Below, piece after piece: positions 51,549-59,443 of a stretch of DNA of 64,000 bases. The position numbers were made by a program, and so were the translations under genes. Origin of the DNA: an uncultured Chloroflexia bacterium (GTDB taxonomy: Bacteria > Chloroflexota > Limnocylindria > Limnocylindrales > CSP1-4). Under the pieces are notes generated by a model. It worked only from the letters and a program-made list of their open reading frames with translations, was not told where the DNA came from and did not search any database. Where the stretch lies: assembly GCA_963816135.1 (NCBI GenBank), contig CAWFJD010000017.1:13064-77063 (forward strand), in the 5' to 3' direction. Every line of letters starts with the position of its first letter. Position 1 is the first letter of the stretch.

Positions 51549-52241
51549 TTGTCCCGATCGCTGGCCGAGACTTGCGTCGATCTGGCGCTACCACGTCCTC
51601 CCGCCGACGAGATCCGCCGGCACCTCGGATACCCGGCCGGCGCCGTTGCCCCGGCTCGGATCGCCGAGCGGATCGAGGCCGTGACCGAGGTCGCCACGGC
51701 AGCCTTGCGGCCGCGAGGCGCATTCGCCATCCACGCCGTCGCCGGTCGAACCCCACATCGGCTGTACCTGGCGGGCGGCGCGACGATCAGGGGAGACGTG
51801 GCTCGGTTCGTCGGCACGGTCGACCGGATCGCCGTCGTCGTGGCGACGGCCGGGCCGGAGCTCTCCAAGCTGGCCGATGGCTATGCCGCGGAGGGCGACT
51901 CCCTCGGCGCCTGGATCGCGGACGCGGTGGGGTCATGGGCGGCGGAGGCCGCGGCGGACGCGGTCACCGAGCGAATCGGCGCTCACGCCGCGCCCGGCGA
52001 GGCGGTCACGCTCCGCTACAGCCCCGGGTACTGCGGCATGGCAATGACCCAGCAGGCCGTGTTGTTCGGTCTCGTCGATGCGGCCGCCGCCGGGATCACG
52101 CTCCTGCCGTCGATGCTGATGCAACCACTCAAGTCGGTATCCGGGATCGTCGGCATCGGCCCCACTGCCGGGCCGGGCGCTATTGCAGCCACGTCGCCGT
52201 GCGACGCCTGCGGCCGGGTCAACTGCCCCATGCGCCGCTGA
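51549..52241 (+). CDS. MetH activation-domain-like protein (B12 methyltransferase reactivation module)
   Basis: Intact 230 aa. RIAVVVATAGPEL..., GDSLGAWIADAVGSWAAEAAADAV and LRYSPGYCGM...LPSMLMQPLKSVSGIVGIG resemble the Met_synt_B12 fold. The C-terminal Cys cluster is CDACGRVNC. Confidence 0.65.
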   Translation: MSRSLAETCVDLALPRPPADEIRRHLGYPAGAVAPARIAERIEAVTEVATAALRPRGAFAIHAVAGRTPHRLYLAGGATIRGDVARFVGTVDRIAVVVATAGPELSKLADGYAAEGDSLGAWIADAVGSWAAEAAADAVTERIGAHAAPGEAVTLRYSPGYCGMAMTQQAVLFGLVDAAAAGITLLPSMLMQPLKSVSGIVGIGPTAGPGAIAATSPCDACGRVNCPMRR

Positions 52242-52433
52242 GGTCGTCCCGGCCGAGCTTCGAAGGATCTCCACTGGCATTGGCTCCCCTTGGCGTGACG
52301 GCCAAATCGGCACGAACCCATGATGAAGCGAGCCGCCGGCCATCGCACCGCGAGAAGTCGTCTCGCTCGCGAACGGCCTTGTATCGTACGTGCCGCCGGA
52401 TGCAAAGCCGCCCGGCTCAGGCACAGAGGACGC

Positions 52434-53127
52434 ATGACCACAATCGTTGTTACCGGCACAGCTCGAGGGCTGGGCTTCTGCCTCGCCGAGGAGTATCTCA
52501 GGCAGGGTGCGACCGTTTTCGGGCTCGATCGTGCCGAGCAGGTGTCGGACCTGGCCGCGACCTACGGCGGTCGTTTCCGGGCGATCCAGTGCGACATCAC
52601 CGACGAGGATCAGGTGCGACACGCCGCGGACGAAGTCGGTAGCGCCGCCGGTTTCGTCGACCTGCTGATCAACGATGCCGCGGTCTACCTCGAGAAGCCG
52701 TTCACCGAGGCGAACGAGTTCGACGCGGACCTCGCACGCCGGACATTCGAAGTCAACGCCGTCGGGCCGCTGCTCGTCACCAAGCATTTCCTGCCGCTCG
52801 TGCTGGCCGGTTCGGGCAAGAAGATCGTCAACATCTCGTCGGAGGCGGGGAGCATCTCGCAGTGCTGGCGATCGCGCGAGTACGCCTACTGCATGTCGAA
52901 GGCGGCCCTGAACATGCAGTCGGTGATCCTTCAGCACCGCGTCAAGGACGACGGCGTGAAGGTGCTCGCCATTCATCCGGGCTGGATGCGAACCGAGATG
53001 GGCGGCACCGACGCAGACATCGACCCGAGCGAGTCGGCGAGGCGGCATCGTCGAGACGATTGCCCGCAACTCCGCGATCGACGGCCCGATGTACCTGGAC
53101 TACACCGGCAAGGCCTGGGAGTGGTGA
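52434..53127 (+). pseudogene. short-chain dehydrogenase/reductase (SDR), one frameshift about 53040
   Basis: MTTIVVTGTARGLGFCLAEEYLRQGA (TGxxxGxG), LINDAAV, NISSEAGS and YCMSKAALN (YxxxK) are present. The last approximately 30 aa (GGIVETIARNSAIDGPMYLDYTGKAWEW-stop at 53125-53127) are in another frame. Confidence 0.85.
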
Positions 53128-53128
53128 C

Positions 53129-53776
53129 GTGACGGCCAAGCAGATCCTCATCTTTGGCGGGGAGGAGAACCCGTACCACGACTTCTCGGTCCAGGGCCCG
53201 CTGCTGGCGCGTCTGGCCGAGGAGGCGGGCTACGAGGCGGCGCTAACGACCAACCCAGCGGCATTCGAGCCCGCGCGGATCGCGCCTTTCGACGTTGTCG
53301 CGATCCTGGCTTCCGCCGGCAGCCTTGCGCCCGAACATGAAGAAGCGTTGCTCAACGCGGTGATCGGCAGCCCCTGGGGCGATACCGGCGCGCCGAAGGG
53401 GCTCCTGGGCATCCACGGCGCGACGGTCGTGGGGTCCGCGTCGGGGAAGTATCAGCGGATGCTCGGCGCTCGTTTCCTGGCGCACCCGCCGCTCGGGCCG
53501 TTCTCGGTGACCGTCGATGCGCCAGACCATCCGGTGATGCGCGGCGTGGGCGACTTCTCGATCTCCGACGAGCTGTATCTGATGGAAACGCTCGCCCCGT
53601 TCGACGTGCTGCTCAGCGCCGAGTTCGACGGCTTCCGGCGCCCACTCGCGTGGGTCCGCCCGTACGGCCTCGGCCGGGTCTGCTATTGCGCCCTGGGCCA
53701 CGGAACGGAGCAACTCGAGCACGAAAGCGTCCGCCGAATCCTCCGCAACGCGCTCGATTGGCTGGCTGCAAGGTAG
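53129..53776 (+). CDS. ThuA-domain protein (trehalose-utilisation-like, class I glutamine-amidotransferase fold)
   Basis: GTG 53129 lies 1 nt after the SDR stop. ILIFGGEENPYHDF, VMRGVGDFSISDELY and GLGRVCYCALGH follow the ThuA pattern. Confidence 0.75.
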   Translation: MTAKQILIFGGEENPYHDFSVQGPLLARLAEEAGYEAALTTNPAAFEPARIAPFDVVAILASAGSLAPEHEEALLNAVIGSPWGDTGAPKGLLGIHGATVVGSASGKYQRMLGARFLAHPPLGPFSVTVDAPDHPVMRGVGDFSISDELYLMETLAPFDVLLSAEFDGFRRPLAWVRPYGLGRVCYCALGHGTEQLEHESVRRILRNALDWLAAR

Positions 53777-53820
53777 AGCCCGTGACGATGGTGCTACCAT
53801 GTGCTACATGAGGCATAGTC

Positions 53821-54123
53821 GTGAGTGAAGGCGCACAGCGGCCACGCGTGGGCGTGCGCGAACTGCGTCAGAACCTTTCCGTCTACTTGCGTCGCGTGGA
53901 GCAGGGGGAGGCGTTCGACGTGACCGAACATGGTCGCCTGGTCGCCCGATTGGATCCGGCGCCGGCCCCTCAACTCGGCCCTCTGGATCGGTTGATCGCG
54001 GAAGGGCGCGCTCGCGCGGCGAGCCGGCCGATCGATGGCGTCGCGCCGAGGATCGAGCTCTCAGCCGGAATTGCCGGCGTCTCCGAGAGCCTTCGCCGGT
54101 CGCGCGAGGACGAGCGGTCGTGA
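53821..54123 (+). CDS. type II antitoxin, Phd/YefM family
   Basis: GTG start. VGVRELRQNLSVYLRRVEQGEAFDVTEHGRLVARLDP is the Phd/YefM N-domain. The stop overlaps the toxin start (GTGA). Confidence 0.8.
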   Translation: MSEGAQRPRVGVRELRQNLSVYLRRVEQGEAFDVTEHGRLVARLDPAPAPQLGPLDRLIAEGRARAASRPIDGVAPRIELSAGIAGVSESLRRSREDERS

Positions 54124-54513
54124 GCCCGGCCTATCTCGACTCGTCCGCCATCGTCAAACTCGTCGTCCGCGAGCCTGAAACGGACGCCCTTCAGCGGTAT
54201 CTGAGCGGTGCCGGTCCGCTCGCGACGAGCATCCTGTCGACGGTCGAAGTTGCGCGCGCCGTCGCCCGTGTGGCTCCCCGGTTGAGCGAAACGCTGGTGG
54301 CGCTGTTCGAGGCAGTGGCGATCGTCGCTCTCGACGCTCGCCTGGCGTCACGCGCGGCCGCCCTCGATCCGGCCAACCTGCGGACACTCGACGCGAATTC
54401 ACCTGGCCACTGCCCTGGAATTGGGCGACGAGCTGACCGCATTCGTCTGCTACGACGACCGGTTGTGCGCCGCCGCCCGAGACCGGGGACTGCCCGTGGT
54501 GGCGCCGCGGTAG
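54120..54513 (+). pseudogene. vapC: type II toxin VapC (PIN domain), one frameshift about 54395
   Basis: AYLDSSAIVKLVVREPE (first acidic D) and LATSILSTVEVARAV are in the starting frame. After the shift come RTLDAIHLATALELGDELTAFVCYDDRLCAAARDRGLPVVAPR-stop (54511-54513). Confidence 0.8.
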
Positions 54514-54529
54514 CGCCGGGACGAGCGGG

Positions 54530-54961
54530 GTGGAAGGAAGCGGACAGGACTTGGGAAGACAGATACCGATCTTCACGGCTCCCGAGGACGAGCGCGCCTT
54601 CCAGGCGTTCCTGCGCTCGACGGCGGATGGGCAAAGCATCACGCGAACCGGAGGAGCGAGGCTCGGGTACTTCAACGCGACGTGGCCGTTTGCGAACCTC
54701 ACGGCGTCGAGCGACGGGATACTTGTCAGCTGCTCGGGGTTGCCGTTCCTCTTTCCGCGAGTCCAGCACTTCTTCCCGCGAACGAGCATTCGGCGGTTGA
54801 GTCGCCACCGGCAACTGTTCTCCGTCGGCGTTCGAATCGAGCATACGGTGGAGTCGGCTCCAGATCTGGTCGTCTTCTGGGCATCGATATTCGTCTGGAC
54901 CTCTGGGTCTCGGCGACTCAAAGAAGACCTGGAGATGCTGGGCTACCAGATTGATGGCTGA
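54530..54961 (+). CDS. hypothetical protein
   Basis: 143-aa ORF in a locally less GC-rich stretch with a plausible composition (IPIFTAPEDERAFQAFL...GYFNATWPFANLTASSDGILVSCSGLPFLFPR...). No family recognised. Confidence 0.4.
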   Translation: MEGSGQDLGRQIPIFTAPEDERAFQAFLRSTADGQSITRTGGARLGYFNATWPFANLTASSDGILVSCSGLPFLFPRVQHFFPRTSIRRLSRHRQLFSVGVRIEHTVESAPDLVVFWASIFVWTSGSRRLKEDLEMLGYQIDG

Positions 54962-55023
54962 CGCCTCTGGCGCCGGGCAGGACCGAAGCTTCCGCGTTGC
55001 GCCTTCCTGCTATCCTTCGCCCA

Positions 55024-55170
55024 GCCCTTGAGGCCGGGTCTGTGAGCCCGGCGGTAGTCAGAGTGGCGGCTTGCTGGCGCTTTGACTCGCGGTCCTGAGA
55101 GGCCGGGGAGGAGAACGTTGAGCCCGTGTAAGCTGAACCACCGCGCCCGCTGGGCCGGTGGCTTTTTTGT
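55024..55170 (+). promoter_or_regulatory. PyrR-type pyrimidine attenuator leader upstream of carB
   Basis: It has the same architecture as 35124-35232. CCCTTGAGGCCGGGTCTGTGAGCCCGGC forms a hairpin. The PyrR box is GGTCCTGAGAGGCCGGGGAGGAGA (55091-55114). The terminator is CCACCGCGCCC-GCT-GGGCCGGTGG followed by CTTTTTTGTT (55138-55170). Confidence 0.7.
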
Positions 55171-58100
55171 TGGACGGACGAGCTTTTGACGCAGACAGCT
55201 CCTGGCGCCGCCAGCCTGACGGCGCCACGCCGCCGGGCGCGCGACGCCCCAAGCCCAAGAGCGCGCTCATCATCGGCAGCGGGCCGGTGGTCATCGGGCA
55301 GGCGGCCGAGTTCGACTACGCGGGCACGCAGGCGTGCCGCGCCCTTCGCGCCGAGGGCGTTCGGACGATCCTTGTCAACTCGAACCCGGCCACGATCATG
55401 ACCGACGCGGAGGTGGCGGACGCCGTCTACCTCGAGCCCCTGACGGTCGAGGCGATCGAACAGGTCATCGCCAAAGAGCGGCCGGAGGGGCTGCTCGCGG
55501 GGCTCGGCGGCCAGACCGGGCTCAACCTGGCCGTGGCGCTCGCCCGCGCCGGGGTCCTCGAGAAGTACAACGTCCGGCTCATCGGCACGCCGCTCGAAGC
55601 GATCGAGATGGCCGAGGATCGCGAGCTGTTCCGCGACCTGCTCGATCGGATCGGCCAGCCGTATGCCCCGAGCTGCATCGTCGGAGGCGAGACCGAGGAG
55701 GCGCGCGAGCACGCTGCCACGGAAGCGCTCGCCGAAATCGGCCTGCCGGCCATCGTCCGGCCCGCGTTCACGCTCGGCGGCACGGGCGGCGGCATCGTCG
55801 AGACCGAGGAGGCGTATTGGGAGCGCGCCCGGACCGGCCTCCGCCTGAGCCCGATCCACCAGGTCATGATCGAGCGCTGCCTCGTGGGCTGGCAGGAGAT
55901 CGAGTACGAGGTCATGCGCGACGCCGACGACACCTGCATCGCCGTCTGCTCGATGGAGAACGTCGATCCGCTCGGCGTCCACACCGGCGACTCGATCGTC
56001 GTCGCGCCCGTCCAGACGCTGCCCGACCCGGTCCACCAGCGGCTCCGAAGCGCGGCGCTCGCGATCATCCGGGCGCTCGGCGTGGAGGGCGGCTGCAACG
56101 TCCAGTTCGCGTTGAGCCCGGACTACACCGACTACGCGGTCATCGAGGTCAACCCGCGCGTCAGCCGATCTTCGGCGCTGGCGAGCAAGGCGACCGGCTA
56201 TCCGATCGCGCGCGTCGCCGCCCAGATCGCCGCGGGACGGACGCTCGCCGAGATCCCCAACGTCGTGACCGGAACCACGGTCGCCGCGTTCGAGCCGGCC
56301 CTGGACTACGTCGTGGTCAAGCTGCCGCGCTTCCCGTTCGACAAGTTCCCCAACGCCGACCGAACGCTCGGCAGCCAGATGAAGGCGACCGGCGAGGTCA
56401 TGGCGATCGACCGAACGTTCGGCTCGGCGCTGAACAAAGCGCTTCGCGGGCTCGAACAGGCGGGCGCGGGCTGGCTCGCCGAGAACCCGACCTGGGCGGC
56501 CACGGTCGAATACCTGATGGAGCCCGCGGTCGCCGAACCACTGGTCTACGTGGACTCAAGCGGGCTCGTTTGTGAGGGCCGGGCGTTTGCCGAGCGGTCC
56601 GCGTATCCGATCGTGCTGAAGCGCTTCCTCGCGCCGTCCGACTCGCGGCTCTGGCGCATCCTCGCGTTGCTCCGGCGCGGCATGCCCGCGGAGCGGATCC
56701 GCGGCGTCACCGGCATCAGCGCCTGGTTCCTCTCCGAGTTCGAGCGGGCAATCGCGCTCGAGCGTGACGTCCGCGCGATGGGCCGGCGCATCACCGATCC
56801 ACAGGACGAAGAGGCGGCCACTCTCCTCGCGACGGTCAAGCGGGAAGGGTTCGGCGACCGGGAGCTCGCCCAGATGGCCCGCGCCGGGGTGACTGCCGAG
56901 GAGATCCGACTCGCCCGGATGGAGCTCGGCCTCGTGCCCGGTTACGCGATGGTGGACACGTGCGCGGCCGAGTTCGCCGCGGAAACGCCGTACTTCTATG
57001 CCACGTACGCGGCCGCGGGCTCGGAGCCGGAGCTGCCGCCGGTCAAGCGGCCGGCTGCCCTCGTCATCGGCAGCGGGCCGGTTCGGATAGGGCAGGGGAT
57101 CGAGTTCGACTACTGCGCCGTCCAGGCGGCGGCGGAGCTGCGGGCGCTCGGCTGGCAGGCGGTGATGATCAACTCGAATCCGGAGACGGTCTCGACCGAC
57201 TTCGACGCGAGCAGCCGGCTCTACTTCGAACCGCTGGACCCGGAGAGCGTCCGGTCGGTCGTCGAGGCCGAGACGCCGCCGGGCGAGCCGCTGCTCGGTG
57301 CTTTCGTCCAATTCGGCGGCCAGACGCCGCTCAATCTCGCCGAACCGCTGTCGAAAGCCGGAATCCCTCTTCTCGGCGCCAACCTCGAAACCATCGACCA
57401 GGCCGAAGACCGCATCCGCTTCGCCAACCTCGTGGAGTCGCTCGGCATTCCGCAGCCCGAAGGCGGCATGGCTCGTTCGATCGAGGAGGCGCTGGCGCTG
57501 GCCGACCAGATCGGCTATCCGGTCATCGTTCGGCCGTCGTTCGTCATCGGCGGGCTCGCCATCGACTTCAGCTATTCGCCGTCCGATCTCGTGAACCAGC
57601 TTGCCCGCGCGACCGACGTCGACGTCGACAAGCCGGTCCGGATCGACCGCTATCTCGAAGGCGTCGAAGTCGACGTCGACGCGGTGGCCGACGGCGACAC
57701 GGTGCTCATTCCGGGTCTGCTCGAGCATGTGGAGAAGGCCGGGGTCCATTCGGGCGACTCGATCGGCATGTTTCCGCCACAGAACGTGTCGCCGGCGGAT
57801 CAAGAGCTCGTCGTCGAAGCGATGGAGCGGATCGTCCGCGCGCTCGACGTCCACGGCCTCGTCAACGCCCAGTTCATCGTCCGCGAAGACGGCGTCTATC
57901 TGATCGAGGTCAACCCTCGCGCCTCGCGCACGGTCCCGTTCATGAGCAAGGTCACGGGCGTGCCGATGGTCAAGCTCGCCGTCCGGATCGCGCTCGGCGA
58001 GAAGCTCGCGGACATGGGCTGGCCCAACGGCCTCCTGCCGGAGCCGCCGCTCGTCGCGGTCAAGGCGCCTGCCTTCTCCACGTCCAAGCTCCGTGGCGTG

Positions 58101-58685
58101 GACCCGAGCGTCGGTCCCGGGATGCAGTCCACGGGCGAGGTCATCGGCATCCACAGGGACCCGCGAGTGGCCCTTGCCAAAGCGATGCAGGGAGCGGCCC
58201 TCATCCCGCCGCGGCCTGGTGCCGAAGGCGCGCTGGCGCTCCTTTCCGTGGCGGACCGCGACCATCACGCGCTTCCGCGAGTGGCTGGGGCACTGGCCCT
58301 GGCCGGATACCGGTTCGCGGCTACTTCCGGCACCGCCGGGGAGCTCCGCGCTCTTGGCTACGAGGCCCAGGTCGTGGCCAAACTTGGCGAGAAGCCGTTG
58401 GACGGGCAGGTCGCGATCCTCGATCTCATCGCCGGCGGTTCCGTGCGGCTCGTCATCAACACGCCGTCGCCCAAGTCAGGTCCTGTTCGCGACGCCGCGG
58501 AGATCCGCCTCACCGCCACCGCGCAAGGGGTTCTCTGTCTGACCGCCATCGAGACCGCGATCGCCGCGGCGGAGGCGCTGGCCCCGGACCTGGTATCGGG
58601 CCTGTCGGAGGTCCGCTCTCTCGGCGAGTGGGTCCCGGATCCGGGCCGGCCCCGGACCGCGCAGTCGCTCGCCACGACGCCCTAA
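55158..58685 (+). CDS. carB: carbamoyl-phosphate synthase large subunit CarB (true start uncertain, somewhere in 55158-55260)
   Basis: The 1175-aa ORF is unbroken. It contains ALIIGSGPVVIGQAAEFDYAGTQACRALRAEG, two ATP-grasp halves, a second LVIGSGPVRIGQGIEFDYC, and the MGS-like C-terminal domain. The ORF-track GTG 55158 lies inside the terminator stem. TTG 55186, preceded by GGACGGACGAG, is in another frame. Confidence 0.95.
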   Translation: MAFLLDGRAFDADSSWRRQPDGATPPGARRPKPKSALIIGSGPVVIGQAAEFDYAGTQACRALRAEGVRTILVNSNPATIMTDAEVADAVYLEPLTVEAIEQVIAKERPEGLLAGLGGQTGLNLAVALARAGVLEKYNVRLIGTPLEAIEMAEDRELFRDLLDRIGQPYAPSCIVGGETEEAREHAATEALAEIGLPAIVRPAFTLGGTGGGIVETEEAYWERARTGLRLSPIHQVMIERCLVGWQEIEYEVMRDADDTCIAVCSMENVDPLGVHTGDSIVVAPVQTLPDPVHQRLRSAALAIIRALGVEGGCNVQFALSPDYTDYAVIEVNPRVSRSSALASKATGYPIARVAAQIAAGRTLAEIPNVVTGTTVAAFEPALDYVVVKLPRFPFDKFPNADRTLGSQMKATGEVMAIDRTFGSALNKALRGLEQAGAGWLAENPTWAATVEYLMEPAVAEPLVYVDSSGLVCEGRAFAERSAYPIVLKRFLAPSDSRLWRILALLRRGMPAERIRGVTGISAWFLSEFERAIALERDVRAMGRRITDPQDEEAATLLATVKREGFGDRELAQMARAGVTAEEIRLARMELGLVPGYAMVDTCAAEFAAETPYFYATYAAAGSEPELPPVKRPAALVIGSGPVRIGQGIEFDYCAVQAAAELRALGWQAVMINSNPETVSTDFDASSRLYFEPLDPESVRSVVEAETPPGEPLLGAFVQFGGQTPLNLAEPLSKAGIPLLGANLETIDQAEDRIRFANLVESLGIPQPEGGMARSIEEALALADQIGYPVIVRPSFVIGGLAIDFSYSPSDLVNQLARATDVDVDKPVRIDRYLEGVEVDVDAVADGDTVLIPGLLEHVEKAGVHSGDSIGMFPPQNVSPADQELVVEAMERIVRALDVHGLVNAQFIVREDGVYLIEVNPRASRTVPFMSKVTGVPMVKLAVRIALGEKLADMGWPNGLLPEPPLVAVKAPAFSTSKLRGVDPSVGPGMQSTGEVIGIHRDPRVALAKAMQGAALIPPRPGAEGALALLSVADRDHHALPRVAGALALAGYRFAATSGTAGELRALGYEAQVVAKLGEKPLDGQVAILDLIAGGSVRLVINTPSPKSGPVRDAAEIRLTATAQGVLCLTAIETAIAAAEALAPDLVSGLSEVRSLGEWVPDPGRPRTAQSLATTP

Positions 58686-58816
58686 TCGGGCGCCGAACCT
58701 TGGCAGACCCCGGGCGGGCGCTGCGGCGAGTCCCGCGAGAACCGCCCGTCGGGATAGCGGTTCCCCCTGTGCTCCCGGGCGGGCGAATGCGGTGGCGGTG
58801 CGATAGTCTGGCCGCG

Positions 58817-59440
58817 ATGATCGCCCGAAGCCGTCACTACCGGTCGCTCGCCGGAATCGTCGCGATAGCCCTGGTGGCCGCCGCCTGCGGAGTGACCGCG
58901 AGCGTGCATTCGGGCCCGAGCCTGGACATCGTCACCATCACGCCCTATCCGAGGGATGCCGCGGGGAGCGTCGTGCCTGGCGCCCAGCCAACCCTGCCGC
59001 CCTGGTTCTCCGTCCCGATGACCGACGTCAACACCGGCAAGCAGTTCAAGATCAGCGACTCTGTCGGCCAGGTCGTCCTGGTCGAGACAATGGCCACCTG
59101 GTGTCCAACCTGCCAGGGTGAGATGAGCCAGGTCAAAGAGCTGCTCGCGGGTTACGGCCTCGGCGGTGGTCTTGTCGCCGTCAGCCTGGACGTGGATCCG
59201 AACGAGGACGCTTCGCTGCTGCAGAAGTACGCGAAAACGAACGACTTCACGTGGCACGTCGCGATCGCCCCCGAGGAAGTCACTCGCTTCCTGGTGACTC
59301 ACTACGACGAGGCGTTCCTGAACCCTCCGCTCCAACCAATGCTGTTCATCGACCGCGAGGGTGGAGTCTGGAGCCTGCCGACCGGAGCGAAGACGGCGGC
59401 CGCATTGAAGGCCGTGCTCGACCCGTATATCAAGCAGTAA
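58817..59440 (+). CDS. TlpA/ResA-like thioredoxin-fold lipoprotein (thiol:disulfide oxidoreductase)
   Basis: ATG 58817. The signal and lipobox are IVAIALVAAACG. The redox motif is VLVETMATWCPTCQGE. The fold is redoxin-like through the C-terminus. Confidence 0.85.
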   Translation: MIARSRHYRSLAGIVAIALVAAACGVTASVHSGPSLDIVTITPYPRDAAGSVVPGAQPTLPPWFSVPMTDVNTGKQFKISDSVGQVVLVETMATWCPTCQGEMSQVKELLAGYGLGGGLVAVSLDVDPNEDASLLQKYAKTNDFTWHVAIAPEEVTRFLVTHYDEAFLNPPLQPMLFIDREGGVWSLPTGAKTAAALKAVLDPYIKQ

Positions 59441-59443
59441 GCG

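Noticed and set aside
56556-58268. Long antisense ORFs: 56556..58268(-) opposite carB, 42058..43695(-) opposite GH3, 28892..30583(-) opposite GH94, 54918..56036(-), 58682..60121(-), 45353..46180(-).
   Set aside because: Each lies opposite a gene with strong family signatures. Their translations are low-complexity (R/D/E/G/V-rich) and carry no recognisable domains.
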